The notes: a model not told the origin generated them from the sequence alone. A stretch of DNA of 64,000 nt from Eledone cirrhosa (GCA_964016885.1 OZ024745.1:89466001-89530000), one strand, 5' to 3'. Counted from the stretch's first letter, positions 1-13,263 are shown. Numbers and translations: made by a program.

Positions 1-1357
1 CCGTCAACGTCTAGGACCACCAGTCGACCCTCCGAGTCCAGATGCACCGTCTGTGTTAGGAGGTCCAGGTGTTTCCGCAGCAATACGGCAACCCCACCCA
101 TCTTCCGGCTGACAGAGAGATGCGTAGATCTCAAAGTCGTCTGGGGTGGGGTGGGGAAACAATTTAACAGGACTCGATTGTAGGGTTTGACGCAGGGTTA
201 CCTACGTCGTTAGGACATTTTCCTTTTAACTGTTTATATGTGTCCATGGAGATCTTAATCATTTTAAGATTAGAATTCTCCAAAGAGTGTGTAAAAGTAT
301 TCCCTTCGGTCTCCACTGAAGGGTTTTTATATATGGTGTCTGTTATAGTTGTATTGTTAGTATTTAGGTAGGTGTAACATTTTTGTAGTGTTGTGTTGCT
401 TTTTGTCTGTGGTTCGTGTGTGTGTTTACGTTTTGTAGTAGGTGTTTTTTTGTTTTCAGGAGGAGGTGTTTTTGTTTGGGCTGTTTGCGTCACTTGTGTT
501 GGTGTTTGTGTGTTTGTTGCATTTTTGTTGGTGTTATGTCTTATCTTTTTTCTTTCACTGGTCGGAAAGGCTCTCCCTCATCGTCACTGGGTGACGATGA
601 TGAGGCCTCATCCGTGTTGTTGGGGTGGGGTACATTTTGGGGAGCTGTTATTTGTGTGGGTGTTTCTGGAGTTGTTTTAGGTGGGGAGGGGTTGGGTGGT
701 ATTGTGTTTGTCGTTTGTTTTGTTGTCACTATTTTTTTATGTTGTTGTTGTGGTGGTGGTGATTGTTGTGCTGGTGTTGCAGGTGTTGGCAGTAGTGCCT
801 TTTTTTGGCTAGTTAGCCGAGGACAGGAAGCTCTCAGGTGACCCCTGCTTAAGCAGTTGTAACATGAGGGCCATCTACCCTCGACCGAAATGTTTATGTA
901 TATAAGCTCATCCAGCAGCACACGTGCCGGGATCCTAGCTATTCGTTCTGGTGTCATTTGGACTAGAATTTCCCCAGGCTAGTTCCGCTGAACAGGTCGC
1001 CGGAGGACTTACCTACCGATATTATTGAGTCTTTTTCGAGGTTTAAAAATCCACATAGTACCCACCAAATATCAATATTTGGTGTGATACTTTTGATTTT
1101 GATTTTCTGTGTTCTTTTCCCCATGTAAGTGGGGAAAAAGGGTGAACAGCGGTGACACAATTGGCGACACAGAATATTTCTGTGCCATCAATTGGTTTTT
1201 TCATCACAATGGATAAACTCCCGTAGAGTCTACCCTTCTGAATGAAAACAATGTCTGTTAAGGCATCTTTTAAAACCAACTCAATTTCGCCTTGTGAAAG
1301 TTGAGTCGGTTTTCGGGTTTTGTTTGAGACTGTCCTAAAAACCACAGTTTTCAAAGC
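1..1357 (-). mobile_element. Tx1/L1-clade non-LTR retrotransposon remnant: frameshifted ORF1 plus a fragment of the ORF2 APE endonuclease running off the window edge
   Basis: ORF pieces 1043-1354, 963-1160, 541-957 and 164-493. CCHC knuckle CYNCLSRGHLRASC followed by a P/T/Q-rich linker. Bases 1-145 read DDFEIYAS...RLVVLDVD, resembling the APE at 47073. Confidence 0.75.
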
Positions 1358-1361
1358 GGTT

Positions 1362-1443
<82 letters not shown>
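1362..1443. repeat. (TAGA)n microsatellite
   Basis: Direct tetranucleotide repeat. Confidence 0.95.
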
Positions 1444-2914
1444 TTTTTACATGGAGGTGGTAGTACAAGAACATGCATGTACTAACTTACGTAAACACAT
1501 TTACACAAATGTTCACACAATGAATTACAAAGAGATTATTATATTCGTTCTTTAAAGAGAAGCGTCTTCAGCAATCTAGCTTCTGCGTACAATTTGATAT
1601 TGATAGAAGAATGACATGGAGAGAAATAATAATCAATAAAAAATGAGATATAAAAGGATCATCAAGACAACATTGATACGTATGATGGCGAAAGAAAGAG
1701 AATTTTGAGAAAAAGTCAGACAAAAAAAAATGATGAATAGAGGCAAGAACAAATGCGGGAATGAAAATCGGAGAAAAAAGAATCGGAGAAAAAAATTGTT
1801 ACAAATAAAAATGCAAAGAATACGAAGAAAGAATTCAAAGAAAAACTACAACAACGATATTAATAAAACATTAAAAAAAGGATAAAAGGGAATAGAAAAT
1901 GTGAAGGCTGCCGTTGTCGATAATGAGGATGTCGATGAAATGAAGAAAAGATGAGGAAAGAAGAAGATTAAAGAAAAAATAAATACGATAGTGAATATAT
2001 CATAAAAACAGAAAGATAGAATGAGAAATGTAGTAACTGAACGGGCATTGCGGATGTAGGTGGCATATGAAATAATAGATCATGGGAATAAGGATGAGAG
2101 GAAAAGATGAGGATTTCGAAAGGGGATGATTAAATAAAGTGAAGAAAAAAATGCAACAGAAGCTGAAAAATTAATTGTAGAAAAATAAATGAATAGATGT
2201 GTGAATGGCAGAATAACTGAACGAAAATTATAGCCTTGAAAAATATAACGAAGTGCACTAAAGGGAGAAACATCTAAGGAAATGAAGATAAAAGAATCCA
2301 GTGAAAGTGTTTAAATTCTTAATATTTATTTTTCGTATTGGCACAGCACCACGCATTTTGGAAGAGAGTTGTATTCAATTTAATTTTCCTCTGTTTTAAA
2401 TCGGCGTGTTCTTAATCAACACATCCACCTTTCTGTAAAAAGATGAAGCGATGTTTTCTTCGGTGGGATTTAACCGCAGAACAAGCGCAGAACATTAGCC
2501 GTGAAAAAAGAAACATATCACACGCAGCCCATAAATGAACAGTTTGGGCAGTAAATTCAAATGAGAGACGTTTTCTAAAATATTGCTCTTATTAAGGGCA
2601 ACAACACTGATTTGGTCAAATTTCTGAGTGGGATTGAAGTAGAAGAATCGGTCTTCCGTAAATCTGGCATTAGGAATAGTATACAGGAATCATGAAGAAA
2701 GAAATACTTTCAAGGTGTCAGAAAATAATTTTACTCCTACTTTCGCTGGTAAATATTTCATTGACTCTCGAAGAAGGAAAATTAGAATCTACTAGAAACA
2801 AATATGCAGTGAAAAACTACTGGGAATATGAGATGTAGAGGAAAATATGTTTTTCTATTCATTGATTTTTTTGACATTATATTTTTTCTACACAAATCCA
2901 TTATACTTTTTGTA

Positions 2915-2948
<34 letters not shown>

Positions 2949-2982
2949 TAAGAATATTTTCGAAACAGCGAGCGGGTTTGAA

Positions 2983-3199
2983 ATTATAAATGTAAGCTAT
3001 CGCCGTGTTTTGACTAAAGAAATTAAAGAAAATTATTTAGCTTGATAGTGGAGTTAAGAATCCTCGGAGAAATGGAAAAAGATGAGTATTTACAGGTGGT
3101 CTGGATAACCAAAGATGTGGGTTCTTAACCCCACTATCAAGCTAAATAATTTTCTTTAATTTATTTAGTCAAAATACGGTGATAGCTTACATTTATAAT
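2983..3199. repeat. Imperfect inverted repeat (about 80-bp arms) in a (TA)n-flanked element; related copy at about 7140-7250
   Basis: 2983-3063 is the reverse complement of 3119-3199 with scattered mismatches. Confidence 0.85.
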
Positions 3200-3429
3200 A
3201 TATATATATATATATATATGTAGGAGTTGTATTTAATTTGTTGGAATTCCGACAAACATAAATGTTTATACTCAAGAAGTTACTGGAGTAAATATTCCAA
3301 GAAAATAATAAATGGAAACTATATTTATAAAACCATATTTATTTTATTATATATATTTCAAGGTTGGCCAAGCAAATCTTGGTGCGCTTTTATCAGACAA
3401 AATACAAAATTTGTTTTATAAATATTAAC

Positions 3430-5767
3430 ATACCCATGGAACTCACACCTTAACGGTCCGAAGATTAACTATCCAGCGAATCTTCGGACCATTAAGGTGT
3501 GTGTGGGAGAGAGAAAATCCTCAACGCTCACATGATGATGTGGACCGACATACTAACGCCAAGCAGACGCACTGCCAACAACTTCCAGGTGTCTAACAAT
3601 GGCATACCACCCTTGTATGGGCTCCGCAAAAAGACCGCAAGGCAGTCGACGACCCGACAACAGGACCACCAACAAAACCCGTATGCGGAGCAAATAGAGA
3701 TAGCAACTACAGGATCTCCTACTTCCTCTCGATGGTTATACGCCCCATAATCAAGATGTCCCCAGATGTATGTGACAGTACAGAGGACCTCCTCAGCAGA
3801 ATCAGTGAGTGCAACAAAAACAGGAACCTATCCAACTGCATAATAGGCAGCATGTATGTGGTATCACTGTACCCATCCATTAACATTGATTTTGCTGTGG
3901 AAAAATGTGTGGAGATGATCATTGAGAGTGAGGTGGAGTTCTGCGACGTCGACACAGACGAACTGATCCTCCTACTTAGACTTACCTACGACACTGACTA
4001 CCTAGACAGCCATGACCTTAGACGTTTCTGCCCCAGCAGACCCATAAGAGGTAGATCCCCCACCATAACCTCAATGGCTAAAAAGACTCCCATAGGAAGG
4101 TGGATTGGGTGGACCAAAGCTATACAGATCCCCCAAAACAATGATCAGGTAAGAAAAATGGTCGCACATGCAATAGGGGCTAGATCAAAATTAACCTAAA
4201 GGGCCATATATTCAAGTTCAACGAGAAGATTTACACCCAAAATGAGGGAGCAGCCATTGGCGTCAGCATAGCTGGTGATGTTGCCAACCTTTTTATGGTA
4301 TGGTGGGAAAGGAGACTTAAAGATCTCCTTAATGAGAGCTCCATAGACCTCATCATGTACTCTCGTTACGTAGATGATATCAATATTGTTATAAGAACAT
4401 CCCCACTAGAGAGCACTAACAAGTTTGATTTAGAACGTAGCACAATGGAAAGCATCCAGCAGATAGCTAATTCCATTCACCAGAGTATAACTATAACTAT
4501 TGACTACCCTTCCAAAGAGACAGAGTCAGAGTATACGAAGGAGCCATGGAAAAGTCTAAGACCCTCATAGAACTGGACATGAAAGGAATTTGCCCATTAT
4601 ACATGAGCAAATCATGGAATAGCTTAGATAGGGCTAGACATAAGATAGAGAAAGCCACCTCATGGTACGACAACCAGAGATACCAGAGTGTTATGTTTGT
4701 GGACGCTACCCCTGGAAGGAAATTAGCTAACCAGGGTAGAAAGGCCCTGAGAAAGACCGACTTAAAGATTAAGGTGGTAGAAAAGCCAGGAATCACCAAA
4801 AAATCCCATATCAGCAAAACCTACCCTTTTAAGAAAACCCACTGTACTAATAGGAAATTTATCATATGTAAGGTAAACCCCCGCATAAACTGTAAAACCA
4901 GTAACGTAGTCTATAGCATAAGATGTACAGAGGGTACTTGCAGAAACATGACAACAACATACATAGGCAAGACAGCTCGTAGCATAGGGGAAAGGATAGA
5001 CCAACACTGGGGGGGGGGGGGTAAAAGGGCGAAAAAACGGTTCAGTAATATACGAACATGCCAGACAACAACACGACGGTAACATAGACAACATAGAAAT
5101 TAGAATAATATCTAAACATAGAAATGACCCAGCAGATAGGAAAATCAGAGAGGCCAGTGAAATAGAACATAGAAGGCCAAGGCTAAACAGGAAGAATGAA
5201 TGGAATAACAACAACACCCAAACAAACAACACTGACCTAAGAGAAGCATAAATAAATAAATAGATAAATAAATAAATAAATAAATACATACACAAGCACA
5301 ATAACAACAAACACATATAAACACACACTAGTAAAGATAGAATACATTAACCAATACACAGTCACCCAATCACGAACACACATCAAACAAAACACTATAC
5401 ACACACGCTAACGCATGCGCAAAGAAGACAAAATAAAATAAACAAATAAATAAATAAATATATAAATAGACTAAATAAAGATGGCGTTGAAAATACAATG
5501 CAACGGGAGGAAACAATAGCACCGCTGACGATGTTGCAGATGTGCAACAAAAGAACTTTGATAAACTATATATGTGTTTGTGTCTATATTGTATCTGTAT
5601 TATTTTTGAAGTTGGTCAGTCAATGGCAACATTGAGGACCGAATAAATTAGATTACCGATATAAAAGACACAGAAGAGAAAAGCGAAAACCAACCAAGCA
5701 GTGAGTGTGTTCTGTTATTAATTCTGGCAATATTACACAAATATGACCCTCCCCAAGTATAACAATA
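3430..5767 (+). mobile_element. Penelope-like element, family A (RT + C-terminal GIY-YIG), degenerate and internally deleted, with 3' pseudo-LTR
   Basis: RT motifs GSMYVVSLYPSI and YSRYVDDI. GIY-YIG VVYSIRC...YIGKTARSIGERIDQH. Frameshifts and stops. Deletion near 4513. Ends at (TA)n. Confidence 0.9.
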
Positions 5768-5911
5768 TATATATATATATATACATATAAGTTACTGTTC
5801 GTTCGTCGAACTGAGAGGTCGGTGCTTGGTTCCCAGTATGTACTTTGGGTATGTACTTAACAGAGTGTAATATTAATAATTGGTAGGTGGAAAATTTTCA
5901 TTAGGTTTATC

Positions 5912-6004
5912 CAGATGTGACGCGCGTTTCGCGAATGTTCAGCTCAAGTTTCGATCTCTATCGATCGGGTCCGACTCTGGAATAAAAAGCTCATCAGACT
6001 TCTG
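5912..6004 (-). ncRNA. Type I hammerhead ribozyme with long helix II insertion
   Basis: Minus strand: CAGAAGU CUGAUGA GC-[about 56 nt]-GC GAAA CGCGCG UC ACAUCUG. Helix I pairs 6 of 7; helix III is palindromic. Confidence 0.8.
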
Positions 6005-6012
6005 TTAGCTTC

Positions 6013-6046
<34 letters not shown>

Positions 6047-6122
6047 CGAAGGAAATATGGTAAGGAACCAGGTGGACCATAACGCACCAAAGTACTCAAT
6101 ACTTAGGGTAGTAGAGTGGGTA

Positions 6123-6250
6123 ATAGGAACCAGTAAGACCCCGACGGCTGAGCTCAAGCCGTTTCGACGGCTAATTCTGCTTTATTAGCCGAATATTGCA
6201 GAATTAGCCGTCGAAACGGCTTGAGCTCAGCCGTCGGGGTCTTACTGGTT

Positions 6251-6255
<5 letters not shown>
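6123..6255. repeat. Perfect inverted repeat, 58-bp arms, 17-nt loop
   Basis: 6123-6180 is the reverse complement of 6198-6255; the element is flanked by (TA)n. Confidence 0.9.
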
Positions 6256-6308
<53 letters not shown>

Positions 6309-6375
6309 TGTGTGTGTGTGTGTGTATCTGTGGGTGGGTGTATGTATGAATATATATATCTTCGTACATATAAAT

Positions 6376-6980
6376 ACATGGTGGCTGCCAACTCGTTTTC
6401 GAGTACGGCCACTACTTTATATCCATGTAGGAGAACCCATAGGGATGCGCTGAACAAGTGTGACTTTTTAGTCCAGCTAGTGACTTGAAAACTCTGGTAC
6501 AAACACTACACTTGTGACAATTATTGACACATAGTGCTGGGCCCATGGTACCATGTGACGACAAGTGCAGAGAGAACTCCAGATATAAAGCAATGCCTGT
6601 GCCGTGAAGCTTTTATAGTGAGCAAAGGCACTGCACAAAGCCAGTCCCACTCTCTTAACCAAGATGATATTCACCAAAAAGAAGAACAAGTCAACATCAT
6701 TGGATACCATCAGAGTTGCAGGTGTTATATCAGAGTTTTCCTTGTCCTAGAATTCTGCCTTGACAAAGGCTAAGGGGTCATCTCTCCCGGTGATTTTGGC
6801 TGGCCATTGACTCTTAAGAGCTCCTTTGCCCTTTGACAGGTTTTGCTTTTAGTCCTGCAGGATGTCCAAAGTCACCCTCCTCACCAAGAAACCCTGGTGG
6901 GGTTGCCAGTTTAGTCGCCAACGACTCGACCATGAGACAGGTTGTACTGTGATACATGTTACCAGTAGCACCAACTGACA
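6376..6980 (-). mobile_element. Short non-autonomous RTE-like LINE derivative, copy 1
   Basis: Near-identical to 7343-7845. Carries a C-terminal zinc-finger-like remnant (CSVCTRVFKSLAGLKSH), lacks RT, and ends in a (GTAT)n-like tail. Confidence 0.6.
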
Positions 6981-7342
6981 TAAACATATATACATACATA
7001 TATGTATATACATACATACATACACATACATATACATACACACATACATACAGACATATATACATAAATACATACACATATATATACATACATACATATA
7101 TATATATACATACATACATCTATATATATATATATATATTAGGGTTCTAAACCCCGTTATCAAGCTAAAATTCCTTTAGTTAAAAATACGGTGAAAGCTA
7201 TATATTTTCTAATTTCAAACTCGCTCACTGTTTCAAAACATATTTACTTGCCATATACATATATATATATACATATATACATACATACATACATACATAC
7301 ATACATACATACATACATACATACATACATACATACATACAT

Positions 7343-7845
7343 ACATGGTGGCTGCCAACTCGTTTTCGAGTACGGCCACTACTTTATATCCATGTAGGAG
7401 AACCCCTACTGATGCGCTGAACGAGTGTGACTTTTTAGTCCAGCCAGCGACTTGAAAACTCTGGTACAAACACTACACTTGTGACAATTATTGACACATA
7501 GTGCTGGGCCCATGGTACCATGTGACAGCAAGTGCAGAGAGATCTCCAGATATAAAGCAATGCCTGTGCCATGAAGATTGTGTAGTGAGCAAAGGCACTG
7601 CACAAAGCCAGTCCCACTCTCTTAACCAAGATGATATTTACCAAAAAGAAGAACAAGTCAACATCATTGGATACCATCAGGGTTGCAGGTGTTATATCAG
7701 AGTTTTCCTTGTCCTAGAATTCTGCCTTGACAAAGGCTAAGGGGTCATCTCTCCCAGTGATTTCGGATGGCCATTGACTCTTAAGAGCTCCTTTGCCCTT
7801 TGACAGGTTTTGTTTTTAGTCCTGCAGGGTGTCCAAAGTCACCCT
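7343..7845 (-). mobile_element. Short non-autonomous RTE-like LINE derivative, copy 2 (5'-truncated)
   Basis: Direct repeat of 6376-6878 with substitutions; (TACA)n on both sides. Confidence 0.6.
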
Positions 7846-9022
7846 ACATACATACATACAAATATATACTATGTTTTTATCAATTACTACTATATTTTAA
7901 ATTCTTTTTTTAATATTTATGGGATTTTTTAAATCAAATTTATTTTATTTATTCAGAAATGCTTTTCAAAATGAGAATTTTAAAATGAAGAACGAAACAG
8001 ATTTATATAAGAAAGTGTAGAAAATGAAAGGATTAGAAATTTAGAGGCATAAGAAACAGATAAAAAATAAACATTAGATATAGTGTGGGAAGTAAGGATA
8101 GTAGAATATGTCAATATGTTAACGAAATTATAGAAAAGTTGGACTTCTTCCGATGTGCACGATATTGATTATATAATTCCCTATTCAGAAGATAATCTAT
8201 TGATTTATGATATGAAATATATTTAGTTATTATGAAGTTAAAATCCTGATTTAAAAGGAAACAATAATGGTGTATTCATGTAATGGTGATTCTTCGCGGT
8301 ACTTCCTGTCATATTTTCGTCCAATGATATGGATTTTAGAACATTTAAATGACAGCCATTACTTTACATAGCATACAATAACGGAAATTATTTATTTTTT
8401 TAAACAAAGAAGTGCATATTATAAAGCTGACGAAAAATAAATAGATTGTGGAAGTAATGTTTCTATTGCTGAGAAACGTTGGTTTTTTAACTTGAGTCGT
8501 ACATTCATTTATATTATAAATTTATTTCGTGCAACACTTGTAAATTATTTAACAATTATTCGTCTGTGCGGTATAAGATAACGAGTCAATGAGAAGAATC
8601 GTTATTAGGGTTAATTAAAATTCCCACAAATGTGTTAAGAAAGATAACCTGGGAATTCCTAATGCCAAAACCGTATGTATATTGATGCAAGTGTAGTGGA
8701 GTTAGTCTAAACTTCGGTTTTGTTAAACACTTCAGGATGCTTGATAGCTAACAGGTAATTATATATTTTGTATCCTGAATTAGCTCTTAAGAAAAGATCT
8801 AATAATATTATTTTTAATTTCCTTTTCAATAAATTATCTTTTACACAAAACATTTTTATAGTCTTAAAGTTCTTCCTTAGTTGTTTAGTTCTGGTTTGTC
8901 GGTTTCACTGAGCAAGTAAGGGAGAAATATGTCGGGATTTGTCGCCCTAGCTAACAAAGATCATACTGTCTCTGCTCTGCACACCACCACGCAATTTCAG
9001 AATTATCTCTCTTGTATATTTC

Positions 9023-9447
9023 ACTAGACCTGAAAAATGCGAAAGCGCAAAAGAGCCACAGAATGTTATAATAAACCTTCAAAAGTGTGGGATTAGAGTT
9101 GTTGCTCAAACATATTGTAATCATTATCTATCGTACACTCTGTGGCATCCTTTTATCTAAAAAGAGACTCATAAGGAACTCAAGACGACACGATAATGAT
9201 TTAATCTAATTTTCAATACCTCATATTAGATGTTTAGTAATGATTAATACGAAATGCACTTAAACAGAATTCTATATTATAAATTCACTTAAATAATTAT
9301 CGTGTCGTCTTGAGTTCGTTATGAGTCTCTTTTTTATAAAAGGATGCCACAGAGTGTACGATAGATAATGATTACAATATTTTTGAGCAACAACTCTAGT
9401 CCCACACTTTTGAAGCTCTTTGAGCTTGCGAATTATTCAGGTCTAGT
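9023..9447. repeat. Fold-back inverted repeat (about 150-175-bp arms, about 100-bp spacer), MITE-like
   Basis: 9023-9197 versus 9296-9447 reverse complement, with substitutions and one indel. Confidence 0.85.
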
Positions 9448-10016
9448 TTAATATTTTTTTAAGGCAACGCTTGTAATAACTCTAGTTAAACAGCATATAT
9501 ATTAATAATAAATTACCGTTGTAATGTAATTAGATTAGATAATTGTTATTTTATAAATGATCTTATAAATATTATTGTAAGATGTATAAAAATATTTTCA
9601 GACTTTTAATATAAACAACTACAAAAACAATCAATATTAAATAAATATTTTACATAATAATTGTTATAGTTGAATTAATAAAAATTAAATATTACATACA
9701 GATAGTCTAACATAATAATAAAAAGAATAATCTAACATAATAATAATAAAATAATCTAACATAAAACGAACAAAAATATGGACAAATATACAAGTAAATA
9801 TGATACAACCAATATTATAAGCATGTTATAACGAACTGAAAAAAAAATAGTTAATATAAATTTTAAAAATCATATATAAATTAACAATATAACTTACCAA
9901 AACGAGAAAAATAGTTTGACGATAAAACGACGAAATACAGGAGGAAGATTCGAAAGCGAAATGATAAATAAACGTGCAAACAATGTGGCGGATGCTTTTG
10001 AGAAACAATTACTCTC

Positions 10017-10103
10017 ATTGGTTGATTAGCCAATAAGACGATGAAATTAGCCAATAAGACGATACATTACAAAAGATGTTTGGCAGGGATCAGCACGGTG
10101 AGC
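10017..10103 (+). promoter_or_regulatory. Cluster of three CCAAT boxes followed by an ATG and a splice-donor-like GTGAG
   Basis: ATTGG at 10017; AGCCAAT twice (CCAAT at 10030 and 10051); ATG at 10076; ACG/GTGAGC at 10098. Confidence 0.25.
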
Positions 10104-11182
10104 GAAACCCCTTGAATTTTTTATTCACAAGCTACGCATATATGTCAGACATGCAGACTTAAACCATTCTGTTGTTAGTCACTGCGTGTCTAACAGATGC
10201 GAAGTTTTTATTTAACGCTGACACCAATTGCTTTTATTAATGTGATAATTTCAATTGATTGAACCGTGTTTTGGGATTATGCCATTAAGTATGGTAGTCT
10301 GCACATAAATACTCAACACTTAAACATTAAAAAATATATAGATAAATAGAGATAAATACATTGATGAATAAATAAATAAATAAATAAACAAATAAATAAA
10401 TAAATAAAATCATGTTCTCCTTGAAATTACAGCATAGAATATTTAATTCATAAACTCCTCGATATATTTTTCATAACGTAATGTAAATTAGTGGTCGTAT
10501 AGTTATAAACACAATATTGTGCATTAAGTAGAAATAACTACAGTAGCTAAGAAGTTAACATTTCTGTATGTCACACCAACTTTATATTAAGTATTTCAGT
10601 CTTAGTGCTTGTTTAATTGTTATATTTGTTAATTCAAATATCACTATATTGTTTATTGCCATAAATATGTGCTTCTTAATTAGTCTAAAAACTTATGTTG
10701 CAAGTGATGCATAAAAACCCAGGACGATGGTATTAAATATATAAAACATTTTGTATTTTATTACATTTTTATTTAGAATTATGTCTCGTACGAAACTGAT
10801 TTGTCGAATTAATGGTATACACTATTTCTCACAAGTTATTCAATATTTTATAAATGTTATTATAGGACGTGTAAAACGCATCAATAACAACACAAAAGTA
10901 TACGATATTTCGTCTGAAAAGTATATGAATAGTGTGATATATTCCGTTATAGATAAATCATCGCGACTTCATGTTTTATATATATAGAATACCTAAATAG
11001 CCGTCAGTTATTCTCGGAGAGAAGCAAAACGTATATAATGATACTTCTGGTTTCTCATGTCGGGATAACAATGTAGTAAAAACACAATTCAAGGCTTATA
11101 AAAAAGGGTAGATGGAGGATTATTTCTCGTGAATGGTAATAAATTGCTGTAAGCAAATATACATATGTCTGAAGATATAATT

Positions 11183-11620
11183 CTTTCTACTTTTGACACA
11201 AGGCCAGCAATGTGAAGAGTAGGGGACAGTTGATTAACCCTTTAGCATTCAATTACTGTATATTTACTTTTTTATTTTCACAAAAAGGTTTTATCTCACA
11301 AAATTATCTCACATAATATTGAATCTAAAATATTTTGATCTTATTTATTTTGAGAATAATACCTTAACGTCTGTATAAGCGGCTGGGTATGACTGTTTGA
11401 ACAGAAAGAGGTGAAAGAATTATGGCCGGATACTGCCGGTTTAAATAATAAAGGGTTTAATCGACTCTAGTGTGTTACTGGTACTTTATCTTAAGGACAC
11501 CACGATGCTGAGAGGCCAAGCTAATCACGGCGGAATTTGAAATAAGAACGTAAACGGCCATAACTCTATGCCGAAAAATATGATGTGTGACAGTCTACAG
11601 ATACTGCCAATCCAGCACGC
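11183..11620 (-). mobile_element. tRNA-derived SINE interrupted by a MITE
   Basis: Same family as the other SINE copies; the SINE sequence resumes after 11460. Confidence 0.75.
11234..11460. mobile_element. piggyBac-like MITE
   Basis: TTAA-CCCTTTA ... TAAAGGG(T)-TTAA: TTAA target duplication and CCC/GGG termini. Confidence 0.75.
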
Positions 11621-11652
11621 TTTGTCTGAAGAAAGATTTATAAGAAATATTG

Positions 11653-11828
11653 GTTTCTGATTTAGGCACAAGATCAAAATGTTTGGGAAAGGGGAAAGTC
11701 GATTAAATTGACCTCAGTGCATTACACGTACTTTATTTTATTTAACCCGTAGGGAATTCGAACCCGCCATAACTCTATACCACCAAGCATGTTGTCCAAC
11801 GTTCTCTGATACAGCCAATCAACCACTC
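11653..11828 (-). mobile_element. tRNA-derived SINE, internally deleted
   Basis: Family sequence; imperfect direct repeats tttgtct(g/a)aagaaa(g/t)atttata on either side. Confidence 0.7.
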
Positions 11829-12014
11829 TTTGTCTAAAGAAATATTTATATTAAAAGTTAAACGAACAGAGAATTTGAAAGATTATTTTGAATGTGCAGA
11901 AATTCAAATTAATAAATAAAACAGGGTGGTATGGTCTACCTGTTATATTGAATGTTAAGAGTGAGAGAGAGAGAGCGGGGGAAGGAGAGAGAGACATTGT
12001 AAAATACAGAAAGT

Positions 12015-12077
12015 GTATGTTCATTCCTGTATATATAAAGTTGACTCGTTAAAGAGTTCGATTACTATATATATATA

Positions 12078-12143
<66 letters not shown>

Positions 12144-12184
12144 ATCGAACTCTTTAACGAGTCAACTTTATATATACAGGGATG

Positions 12185-12192
<8 letters not shown>
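12015..12192. repeat. Inverted repeat (about 50-bp arms) centred on a (TA)n tract
   Basis: tatgttcattcctg...ttcgattac versus gtaatcgaa...gatgaacata. Confidence 0.9.
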
Positions 12193-12225
<33 letters not shown>

Positions 12226-12230
<5 letters not shown>

Positions 12231-13178
12231 TATTGAGGTTTCCGTTGAAAATTGAAAAAGTCATAGGAGTGAAGAGTGCTCTATGTAAGTACCAGAGCTA
12301 AATTTAATGTATAATAAACAATACAATATAATTACCTCATTACCAGAGGTTTCCCGAATAAGACGAATACAAAAAACGTCCTCATTCGTTCATCGTACAA
12401 GGCAATTTAAAACATAGTGAAATATTTGAAAAATCTCCTCAAGAAAGGCAGAAGTTTAACGGGCAAAAAAATTATAAATAAAAGTAATGCAAGAGATATA
12501 TAAAAAAAAATAATAGGGAAATATAGTTAGGGTATGTGTATAAATGTGTGTATGTTCACTAACAAATGTACATATGTGTGTATGTACAAATGCATGTGTA
12601 TAGTGAAAATGTGTGCGTAAGTACAAATGTGAGGGCAAGCATATCAGTGTATGTGTGACCACAAATATGTATATAATATAAGTTGAAAAATAAATTGTAA
12701 GATAATATAGTTAACATACATCCAGATTCAGGTATTAAATATATACACATACAAGTTGAAAGCACGCGTATAAATACACACACACACGCGATCACATATA
12801 TGCGCATGATATACAGGGAAGGGGGTGTATTAGTCAAAGGAGTGTCAATCTGAGGCTCTATACATGTATAAAAATAAAACAATATATGAGAATGACAAAA
12901 ATCTTTTAAATCAAAGAGAAAGTAAGATGGAGGGGTTATCAATTATAAATTAACACTAGAAAAAAGGAAAACTAACATAGGTTCGCACGTACACACACAT
13001 ATATATATAAATATATATATATAAATACGTACAGACAAAAGCACATACATGCGTACATACATACAGAGGCGCGCATACATACACACGAGGCACACATATA
13101 TATATATCGGCACATGTATATCTAATCACACGTACGTACGCGACTATCATATATATATACATATACACACATACATGC

Positions 13179-13263
<85 letters not shown>

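Noticed and set aside
6890-6980. HDV-like ribozyme at the 5' end of the RTE-like derivative
   Set aside because: Hairpins are present but I could not assemble P1, P3 and L3.
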